Origin: a virus
Taxonomy: Duplodnaviria; Heunggongvirae; Uroviricota; Caudoviricetes
Reading direction: 5' to 3' (one strand)
DNA: 12,574 nucleotides
Virus record (IMG/VR): IMGVR_UViG_3300032144_000002
Location: 1-12,574 of that record
Made by a program: the position numbers and the translations under genes. Under the pieces are notes generated by a model that was not told the origin of the DNA, made no database searches, and saw only the letters and a list, made by a program, of their open reading frames with translations. Position 1 is the first letter of the stretch, and the number at the start of each line of letters is the position of its first letter. Of the stretch, positions 1-6,805 are shown one piece after another.

Positions 1-49
1 CCCACGGAGGGAAAATTTAAAGGGTCCTGATTCCATTCTGCGTCAACGT

Positions 50-54
50 GGAGG
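50..54 (+). promoter_or_regulatory. Shine-Dalgarno site for terL
   Basis: GGAGG 8 nt upstream of ATG 63. Confidence 0.7.
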
Positions 55-62
55 GATCCACG

Positions 63-1940
63 ATGGCTAAGGTGGAGCGAGTCACGCGACTGATCACGCG
101 TCAAGTCACGTACATCGGCAAGAAGCAGCTCGCTCAAGAAGCTGGGATGTCTGCGCACGAGGGGACGTCGTGGGAAACGATCATGAAGCCGCCGAAGGAC
201 TACGTCCCTGTCGCGCTGCCCGACGAGGGATGGGACTTCTCGTGCAAGGACTGGGAGGACCGCATCATGAACATGCGGCCTCTGCTGGTCACCAAGAAGT
301 ACCCGCTCAACAAGCACCTCGCTGACCGCGCCATTCGCGCCTTCGCCAAGCTCAAGCTCGCCGACGTAATCGGAACCCCTGCGCTCGACGAAGCTGGGGA
401 GCGCTGGTTCCGCGACATAGTGCGCGTCGTGTTCGGCTGCTACGACGAGGTCCGCAAGATTCGGCTCATCAAGGAGCTGTTCATTCTGGTGCCGAAGAAG
501 AACGCCAAGACTACATACGGCGCTCTGCTCATGCTGCTCGTTCTCATGTTCAACGAGCGACCGCGAGGTCAGGCGATCCTCGCCGCGCCAGAACGCAAAG
601 TCGCTGGCATCGCATTCGATGCGATCGCAGGCGCGATCCAATTGGACGAGGTGCTGCGCGCAAGGTTCATCGTCAAGGAGCAGCAGAAGATCATCATCGA
701 TCGGTGGAACGAGGCCGAACTGCTGGTGATGACGTTCGACCCGTCGGCGCTCACCGGACAATTGGTGTTTGCCGCGCTCATCGACGAGCTCCACGTGATG
801 ATGAAGCTGGCGAAGGCGGCTTCCGCCCTGCGGCAGATACGCGGCGGTATGCTGCCCTTTCCGGAGGCTATCCTCATCTTCATCACCACGCAATCCGAGG
901 AAGCTCCAGTCGGCGTGTTCAAGGCGGAGCTCAACAATGCTCGCGCTGTCCGCGACGGCCTCCGCCCGAAAGCCAAGGTGCTGCCGATCCTGTACGAGTT
1001 CCCGGAGAAGGTCCAGAAGGCCAAGCCAGAGGACGAGCTCAACTGGCGGAACCCGGCAATCTGGGATCGTGTGACACCCAATCTTGGGAAGTCCATTGAG
1101 ATCGGCGCTCTCACGGAGCTGTACGAGGAAGCTTCGGGCAAGGGCGATGCGGAGATGAAGTCGTGGGCGTCTCAGCATCTTAATGTAGAGATCGGCGTCG
1201 CGCTGCGTTCCGATTCATGGACCGGAGCATCGCTATGGGAAGCCGCCAAGTACGAGAAGGCAGCGTCGCTTGAATCGCTGCTCGCTGTTTGCGAGGTCGT
1301 CTGTGCGGGCGTAGACGGTGGCGGTCTCGATGACTTTCTCAGCCTGTCGATCGTCGGACGTGAAAGTGGAACCGGCAAGTGGCTCGTTTGGACTCGTTCA
1401 TGGCTAGCCAAGGTCGCCGCCGAAGCGCGGAAGTCCGAGACGCAACGACTTGAGGACTTTGTAAAGGCTGGCGATCTGGTGGTCGTCGATCAGATGGGTG
1501 AGGACGTCGATCAACTGGTCGAGTGTATCGCCAAGTGCGAGAAAGCTGGGCTGCTTGAGAAGATCGGGCTTGACCCATACGGAGTCGGTAGCATCGTTGA
1601 CGCGCTGCTCGCCGATGGTATTGGTGAGGACCGTATCGTAGGTATCTCGCAGGGATGGAGATTGGGCGGTGCGATCAAGACAGTAGAGCGCGAGCTTGCT
1701 ACTGGCAGGCTCGTGCATGGCGGGCAGCCGATCATGGCGTTCGCAGTGGGCAACGCCAAGACTGAGCCACGTGGAAACGCCACGCTGATTACCAAGGCTG
1801 CATCGGGAGTGGGCAAGATTGACCCGCTGATGGCGACGTTCAATGCGGTGCATTTGATCGCAGCGAACCCAGCTTCGAAGTCCAAGAAGTACCAGTTGAT
1901 TGTTCTTGGTGGAAAGAAGTCGAAACCGGCTGCGGCCTAA
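63..1940 (+). CDS. terL: Terminase large subunit (625 aa) with a 56-aa N-terminal extension
   Basis: Walker A-type LVPKKNAKTT, Walker B ALIDELH, coupling motif ITTQS, nuclease motifs GVDGGGLDD and KIDPLMA. Start placed at ATG 63 because GGAGG (50-54) lies 8 nt upstream; the track's GTG 48 overlaps that SD, and an in-frame TAA at 18-20 bounds the ORF. Confidence 0.95.
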   Translation: MAKVERVTRLITRQVTYIGKKQLAQEAGMSAHEGTSWETIMKPPKDYVPVALPDEGWDFSCKDWEDRIMNMRPLLVTKKYPLNKHLADRAIRAFAKLKLADVIGTPALDEAGERWFRDIVRVVFGCYDEVRKIRLIKELFILVPKKNAKTTYGALLMLLVLMFNERPRGQAILAAPERKVAGIAFDAIAGAIQLDEVLRARFIVKEQQKIIIDRWNEAELLVMTFDPSALTGQLVFAALIDELHVMMKLAKAASALRQIRGGMLPFPEAILIFITTQSEEAPVGVFKAELNNARAVRDGLRPKAKVLPILYEFPEKVQKAKPEDELNWRNPAIWDRVTPNLGKSIEIGALTELYEEASGKGDAEMKSWASQHLNVEIGVALRSDSWTGASLWEAAKYEKAASLESLLAVCEVVCAGVDGGGLDDFLSLSIVGRESGTGKWLVWTRSWLAKVAAEARKSETQRLEDFVKAGDLVVVDQMGEDVDQLVECIAKCEKAGLLEKIGLDPYGVGSIVDALLADGIGEDRIVGISQGWRLGGAIKTVERELATGRLVHGGQPIMAFAVGNAKTEPRGNATLITKAASGVGKIDPLMATFNAVHLIAANPASKSKKYQLIVLGGKKSKPAAA

Positions 1941-1954
1941 CTGGAGAGAAACAG

Positions 1955-1975
1955 GTGAACTGGAGAAACCGATGA
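1955..1975 (+). other. Six-codon leader mini-ORF (VNWRNR) overlapping the next start
   Basis: GGAG at 1943-1946, GTG 1955, TGA 1973-1975 overlapping ATG 1972-1974 (ATGA); the second SD (GGAG 1962-1965) lies inside the mini-ORF. Confidence 0.35.
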
Positions 1976-2160
1976 AAGTGAAGTTGCTGAAGAACAAGAT
2001 GGAGAATGGGAAGCTGAAGACCACGATCCGCATGTCCAAGAAGAAGGTCATCGGCTGGTTCGAAGGCACCATCCTCGAAGTCGGCGACCCGACTGGCGAG
2101 AAGCTGATCGCCAACGGCGAGGCGGAACTGTACGTCGAGCCGACCAAGGCGGGAGCGTAA
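1972..2160 (+). CDS. Small hypothetical phage protein (62 aa), probably virion/head-associated
   Basis: ATG 1972 with GGAG SD (track start at 1900 lies inside terL). MKVKLLK...GTILEVGDPTGEKLIANGEAE pattern resembles small head-module proteins; 18 of the first 20 codons end in G/C. Confidence 0.75.
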   Translation: MKVKLLKNKMENGKLKTTIRMSKKKVIGWFEGTILEVGDPTGEKLIANGEAELYVEPTKAGA

Positions 2161-2163
2161 CCC

Positions 2164-2598
2164 ATGAGCGCAACAGATACCTTCGAAAACAAGATCCTGT
2201 CGCTGTACTTCATGAACGCGGCGGCGGCCAACATCGGCGACGCCTCCGGTCTGCAGCCAGCGGCCACGGCCGGCAGCATCTACGTTTCGCTGCACGAAGC
2301 GGATCCGGGCGAAGACGGCGACCAGACGGACCAGGAAACGGACTACACCAACTACGCTCGCGTCGGCAAGGCCCGATCGGCGTCGGAGTGGAGTGTAGCA
2401 TCCGGCGTTGCCGACAACGACAACATCATCGAGTTCGCGACGTGCGGCGCGACCGGCGCGACGATCACGCACTTCGGCCTGGGATTCGCGGCGTCGAGCA
2501 CCGGCAGTCGAGACATCAACGGCACTGCGTCGCTGGTCGTTTCGAACGGCATCACGCCGCAGTTCGCCGCCGGCGCTCTCGACACGTCGATGGATTGA
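2164..2598 (+). CDS. Conserved phage structural protein (144 aa), Gp80-like family often auto-annotated as tail fibre protein
   Basis: MSxxDxFENxIL start, IYVSLHEADP, ETDYTNYAR, ITHFGL and ITPQFAAGALD motifs recalled for this family; GGGAG SD at 2151-2155; begins 3 nt after the previous stop. Confidence 0.78.
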   Translation: MSATDTFENKILSLYFMNAAAANIGDASGLQPAATAGSIYVSLHEADPGEDGDQTDQETDYTNYARVGKARSASEWSVASGVADNDNIIEFATCGATGATITHFGLGFAASSTGSRDINGTASLVVSNGITPQFAAGALDTSMD

Positions 2599-2603
2599 CG
2601 CCC

Positions 2604-3062
2604 ATGTCGCTGCTGCAGAAACAGGGATACGTAATCGCAGCCAAGGGAGAGCTCGTGGTCGTTGCGATCGCGAGCTTCTCTTGCACCCTGGAGTTCCAGG
2701 ATGCTATTGGCTTGTCCGCGATGATCCGTCGCGAAGCTCGCTATGCGAAGGCGAGCTCCGGCGATCGTTCGCGTCTTCACTCGTCGATCGGCATACTCAG
2801 CGATGCTGCCGCGCAGAAGTGGAGGCAGGCGCGGTGGCGCAAGCTGCCCGAACAGCTGAAGCTGAAGAAACTGTTTGTTCGCCATGCCGGAGCGATGGTG
2901 ACCATCAACATCGGAAGGCAGGGAATGACCATGCCCTACAACGCGGCATTCGAAATCGCGCAGCAGCTGCGAGTCTACGGCAAGCTCGCTCGCAACCATG
3001 CGAATGAGAAAGCCGGCTGGCAGCGTATCAATGAACTCGCGACACCGGTAACGGAGCACTGA
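2604..3062 (+). CDS. Hypothetical protein (152 aa) built from two ~46-aa homologous halves
   Basis: ATG 2604, 5 nt after the previous TGA (track start at 2388 overlaps the upstream gene); ungapped self-alignment at offset 81 residues. Confidence 0.72.
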   Translation: MSLLQKQGYVIAAKGELVVVAIASFSCTLEFQDAIGLSAMIRREARYAKASSGDRSRLHSSIGILSDAAAQKWRQARWRKLPEQLKLKKLFVRHAGAMVTINIGRQGMTMPYNAAFEIAQQLRVYGKLARNHANEKAGWQRINELATPVTEH

Positions 3063-3065
3063 GCC

Positions 3066-3470
3066 ATGTGTGAGCTACTCGTCCGCGTCGTCGATAAGGT
3101 CAACGCGAAAGACCCGGACAAGGATGCACGGTGCTTGAAGCGCGGCGATGTCGTGGTGATCTGTGAAGATGGCCACCAGTGGAGCAAGCGGGAACTGGCC
3201 AACCCGAGCTGGCGCGTCATCAAGCTGCCTGGTACGAATCGTCGCGAGGTCCAGCATCTTATGTACCAGGAGGTGGGTGCAGACCGCCGAGTGGGCATGA
3301 GCCGCGCCTTCAAGGTGGACGTAGACCACATTTCCATTCGCTCGCAGGTCGAGAGTGCCAAGGAGCCGGTGGCCCTGCAAAAGGCCGCTCTCGACGCTGT
3401 GGTGGTGCTCAAGCCCGGAATCACTGATCCGCGCCTCGACCCGGCCACGCGGGCCAAGTCGAAGGGGTAG
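3066..3470 (+). CDS. Hypothetical phage protein (134 aa), MCELLVRVVDK...RGDVVVI...W...E...P.WRVIKLP type
   Basis: GGAG SD at 3053-3056, 3-nt gap after the upstream stop, fills the operon exactly; resembles hypothetical proteins I recall preceding beta-helix fibre genes. Confidence 0.78.
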   Translation: MCELLVRVVDKVNAKDPDKDARCLKRGDVVVICEDGHQWSKRELANPSWRVIKLPGTNRREVQHLMYQEVGADRRVGMSRAFKVDVDHISIRSQVESAKEPVALQKAALDAVVVLKPGITDPRLDPATRAKSKG

Positions 3471-3474
3471 GGGC

Positions 3475-5685
3475 GTGGCCACGACATACACGGTGGGGAC
3501 TGGGGGCGGACGAGACTACTCCACGCCGCAGGCTGCGATTGACGATATCCCGTCTACGCCCACCGGCGGATACATCGTGGATGTGTACAACGATTCGGAG
3601 TACACAGCCGGGTTTGTAATTGATGGATTCACCACGAGCTCGACGGACTTCCTAACAGTCCGAGCTGCCGATGGTGAATCATTCATGGACCATGCTGGCG
3701 CGGCCAGCAATCCACAGCGCTACGACCAGACGAAGGGGGTGGGATTCGACATCCCTTATGCGGTGTTCGGATACGGGGCGAACCTGCAAGGGAATCTCCC
3801 ATACGTCACCATCGAGCGCATGCAGTTCAAGTGCTCCGAAGGACTGGCAACGAGTGTGCTGGTCTTTGAGTCGTACAACATCGACACCTCGATTGTGCGG
3901 AACTGCATCTTCGAGAAGTCCTATAACGACGGGTTTGGGTCAGGCATTGGGTTTGCGCGTGGCGGCGTCATCCAGAATTGTCTGTTCTATTACACGCATG
4001 CGGCTGAAACTATTGGTTTCAATTGCCAGTCCTCTCCTCCTAGGTTTGTCAACTGCGCGTTCCTTGCGCCTAGTGGGTGCTCTGAGGCGGCGGTTGTCTC
4101 CGATGGTGACAACGGCGTCGAACTGATCAACGTAGCGATATTCGGCTACTCGGCTGTTTCCTCTGGCGCCAACGTCAATGCTGACAACTGCGCGACCAAC
4201 CTTGCGAGCGGGTTCACGGGGGATAACAACGAGTACAGCAAGGTCTTCGCTGACGAGTACGAGGCGAGTGATGATTTCCGGTTGAAGTCCGGCAATAGCA
4301 TGCTGTTCGGCCAGGACACCAGTGCATACACCGGCGGTCTGGACATTATCGGCCAGCCACAACCAGGAAGCCCGCCGATCTACGTAGGGCACTGGGCGTT
4401 TCAGGGCGGCGGGCCAAGCGGTGAGATGAACGGTAGCGCTTCTTTTTCGATGTCTCCAACGAGCACTCTGTCTGGGGATGGCGCTCTTACCGGAACGGCT
4501 GCGTTAGCGATTGCCGGTGTTGGCACAATCAACGGACGCGCGCCGATGGCGGGCGCTGCTACGCTCAATATCGCTGGAACTTCTGCGTTGTCAGCTAGAG
4601 GCGCGTTGATCGGTAGCGCTTCATTGACCGTCACGCCAACTGGCAGTCTAACTGGCGACGGCGCGCTCATCGGCAATGCTTCTATTACTGTCACGCCAGT
4701 TGGTTCGCTCTCTGGTCGCGGCGCACTGACAGGGCTGGCGTCTATCACGTTGACGCCAACTGGCGCGCTTGCTGGCGGTGGCGCTGTTACTGGCACTGCG
4801 AATATCACCATCGTTGCCTCAGCGACGCTGGCTGGTCGCGGGGCCTTGGCAGGCGCCGCTTCGGTTACGATCACGCCATCGGGGGCGCTTATTGGTGACG
4901 GCGCTCTTATAGGAGACGCAGATCTAGCGCTGTCACCAGAAGGTGATCTCAGCAACGCTGACGCTGGAAGCATGGCCGGTTCTGCATCGCTGCTACTGAC
5001 TCCGTCTGGTACGCTTGTCGGCGACGGCGCGCTACTCGGGTTGAGCACGATTACCATCACGCCGTCTGGCGCTCTTTCTGGTCGCGGCGCCTTGACCGGG
5101 TTGGCTGCCATCACCGTGGCACCAGTCGGTACGCTCAATGGTAGAGGACCGCTGTCTGGGTCCGCAGGATTGACCATCACCGGAACCGCAGCATTGGGCG
5201 GTCGCGGGCGGTTGCTTGGTAGTGCTTCGCTCACCATCACTGGTATCGGTACGCTCACCTACACAAGCGAAGACTATATGATCGGCGCAGCGTCGATCAC
5301 AATAGCTGGTAGCGGAACGATGTCTGGTCGCGGACGTCTGCTTGGCACAGCAGCGCTCGCAGTGACTGGTATCGGTAGCATCAACGGTAGGACGCCGATA
5401 TCCGGGTCTGCGTCTTTCGCCATTACGTCTGTGTCGCTACTGCGCGGGCGCGGCGCGCTGATCGGCAGTGCTTCGCTTCTTATGACGCCCACTGGTAATC
5501 TGACCGAGAAGATTCCTGGTGAGGCCAGCGGTAACGCGTACATTACGTGGGCCGCGACTGGCGCGATGATGATTGAAACCGAAACTGAAGCCACTATCAT
5601 TCACATCATCGGCGTCGTCAATTCTAATAGAGCGCTGCTTGGAACTGTGGCTACGAATATTTCCCTACTTGGAGTGCGAAGCTAA
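3475..5685 (+). CDS. Putative virion fibre/spike (736 aa): N-terminal pectin-lyase-like beta-helix, choice-of-anchor-Q-like motif, 20-aa repeat stalk
   Basis: GTG 3475 preceded by a G-rich SD-like stretch, 4 nt after TAG 3470. TYTVGTGGGRDYSTPQAAIDDI resembles the start of pectinesterase/pectate-lyase-like beta-helices; repeated xxRNCIF/IQNCLFY/FVNCAFL rungs; DFRLKSGNS...DIIGQPQP...VGHWAFQ matches the DxxLxxxSP...DxxGxxR...DIGAYE closing motif; then 18-19 repeats. Confidence 0.85.
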   Translation: MATTYTVGTGGGRDYSTPQAAIDDIPSTPTGGYIVDVYNDSEYTAGFVIDGFTTSSTDFLTVRAADGESFMDHAGAASNPQRYDQTKGVGFDIPYAVFGYGANLQGNLPYVTIERMQFKCSEGLATSVLVFESYNIDTSIVRNCIFEKSYNDGFGSGIGFARGGVIQNCLFYYTHAAETIGFNCQSSPPRFVNCAFLAPSGCSEAAVVSDGDNGVELINVAIFGYSAVSSGANVNADNCATNLASGFTGDNNEYSKVFADEYEASDDFRLKSGNSMLFGQDTSAYTGGLDIIGQPQPGSPPIYVGHWAFQGGGPSGEMNGSASFSMSPTSTLSGDGALTGTAALAIAGVGTINGRAPMAGAATLNIAGTSALSARGALIGSASLTVTPTGSLTGDGALIGNASITVTPVGSLSGRGALTGLASITLTPTGALAGGGAVTGTANITIVASATLAGRGALAGAASVTITPSGALIGDGALIGDADLALSPEGDLSNADAGSMAGSASLLLTPSGTLVGDGALLGLSTITITPSGALSGRGALTGLAAITVAPVGTLNGRGPLSGSAGLTITGTAALGGRGRLLGSASLTITGIGTLTYTSEDYMIGAASITIAGSGTMSGRGRLLGTAALAVTGIGSINGRTPISGSASFAITSVSLLRGRGALIGSASLLMTPTGNLTEKIPGEASGNAYITWAATGAMMIETETEATIIHIIGVVNSNRALLGTVATNISLLGVRS
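4432..5571 (+). repeat. Tandem 20-aa (60-nt) protein repeats, consensus GSASLTITPxGxLxGRGALx; 18 full units plus 1 degenerate
   Basis: Read directly from the translation: 15 units of 20 aa and 3 units of 22 aa (units 9, 14, 18) span 4432-5529; degenerate unit GNAYITWAATGAMM follows. Repeats are diverged at DNA level. Confidence 0.95.
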
Positions 5686-6107
5686 TGGCGCGCCAGCAAG
5701 ACATCAAGCTGTTCAGCGGTAATGACTTCGTTCTGAGAGCGACGATCATCGACGCTGATACTGGTCTAGCGTACGATCTTTCAGACATCACCGGGCTGGT
5801 TTGGGCGATGGCGCCGAAGGCGTGCCCGCCACCAGCGTCGTCAAGGTACGGTCGCTGCACCTGCAGAACGGATCCTAACTGTGGAAGGATCTTCGGCGAT
5901 GCCATCGTTACCAAGAACCTCGACGACGGTGTTCTGGTCACTGATCCGACGAATGGGAAGGCGGAGGTTACGATCAACAGCGATGATCTCGAACCTCTAT
6001 GCGGAAAGTATTACTACGAGATGCAGGTTGTTTCCAGTACAGGTAAGCGATCTACTGTTCTGTTCGGGTTTGTTTCGGTGCAAGAGAATTTGATCGCGGC
6101 AGCATAG
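5685..6107 (+). CDS. Ig-like / BppU-N-terminal-like adaptor protein (140 aa) with Cys-rich insertion
   Basis: TAATG overlap with the fibre stop; GNDFVLRATI.D..G..YDL, GVLVTDPTNGKAEVTI, GKYYYEMQV..STG...TVLFGFVSV motifs typical of BppU-N/DUF2479-like domains (recalled). Confidence 0.72.
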   Translation: MARQQDIKLFSGNDFVLRATIIDADTGLAYDLSDITGLVWAMAPKACPPPASSRYGRCTCRTDPNCGRIFGDAIVTKNLDDGVLVTDPTNGKAEVTINSDDLEPLCGKYYYEMQVVSSTGKRSTVLFGFVSVQENLIAAA

Positions 6108-6123
6108 CCGTTAAGGAGTACAT

Positions 6124-6786
6124 GTGAGCGTGTTGAAGAGAGCGTATGGTGTCGTCGAACTCAAAGAGTTCGATGACAACAAGCGTGAGTTCGAGGGAAT
6201 CGCTACCACGATTTCTACGGATCGCTACGGCGATATCGTGGAGTCGAGCGGTGCTGTGTTCGAGCTCCCGCTTCCATTGCTGTGGCAGCACAATGCCTCG
6301 GCACCTGTGGGCCACGTCACTTCGGCGACGCCCACGAAGAAGCACATCAAGGTGAAGGGCAACCTCGCAAAGACCGAGGTTGCTGGCAATCTGAAGGACC
6401 GACTCGATGACGCATGGCAGAGCCTCAAGCTCGGTCTTGTGCGGCACCTCTCGATCGGGTTCAATCCGATCAAGTACGAGCCGGTCCCGGAAAGCGACAA
6501 GTACGGCCTCCACTTCCTGGAGTGGGAATGGTTGGAGCTGTCGTTCGTGACTATCCCTGCCAATGCTGGCGCGGGCATCACGGCAATCAAGTCTCTCAAT
6601 GCTCTGAACGCGGAGCAGCTGAGGGTCTTGCGCGAGTACGACCGAAACCTCATGCGAGCCGCGTCAGGCAAGAGCGGAGGCAACGGCGCAGTACGACTCG
6701 ACGAGTACTTCAAGCCCGGCGTCACGGGTGTCGACAAGTCCAAGTCGGGGCAGCGTAAACGCGCTGTGTCTCTCAAGGTCAACTGA
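6124..6786 (+). CDS. HK97-family prohead (maturation) protease (220 aa)
   Basis: FEGIATT, DRYGDIV, PLLWQH (catalytic His), LSIGF (catalytic Ser), ELSFVTIPAN motifs; AAGGAG SD at 6113-6118, GTG start. Confidence 0.95.
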   Translation: MSVLKRAYGVVELKEFDDNKREFEGIATTISTDRYGDIVESSGAVFELPLPLLWQHNASAPVGHVTSATPTKKHIKVKGNLAKTEVAGNLKDRLDDAWQSLKLGLVRHLSIGFNPIKYEPVPESDKYGLHFLEWEWLELSFVTIPANAGAGITAIKSLNALNAEQLRVLREYDRNLMRAASGKSGGNGAVRLDEYFKPGVTGVDKSKSGQRKRAVSLKVN

Positions 6787-6805
6787 GTACAACTGGAGAA
6801 GAAAG

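Noticed and set aside
48-62. Track start GTG 48 for terL
   Set aside because: It overlaps the GGAGG SD; ATG 63 has proper 8-nt spacing.
486-515. Walker A without glycine (PKKNAKTT) as a sign of an inactive terminase
   Set aside because: PKKN(S/A)K(S/T)T is, as I recall, the normal variant in this TerL family; Walker B and nuclease residues are intact.
3141-3149. RGD tripeptide in the 134-aa protein as an integrin-binding motif
   Set aside because: Lies in a predicted beta strand (KRGDVVVI), a common motif; no support for eukaryotic interaction.
3355-3474. Longer track start for the fibre gene
   Set aside because: Overlaps the 134-aa gene by more than 100 nt and encodes an atypical Arg/Pro-rich sequence; GTG 3475 fits operon spacing.
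4401-5258. 285-aa minus-strand ORF with periodic sequence
   Set aside because: Antisense shadow of the 60-nt repeat fibre gene; no SD or independent motif.
6728-6805. Capsid start at 6728, or a protease-capsid fusion by read-through
   Set aside because: ATG 6806 has a strong SD and a typical delta-domain start; protease and capsid are in different frames with no obvious slippery site.
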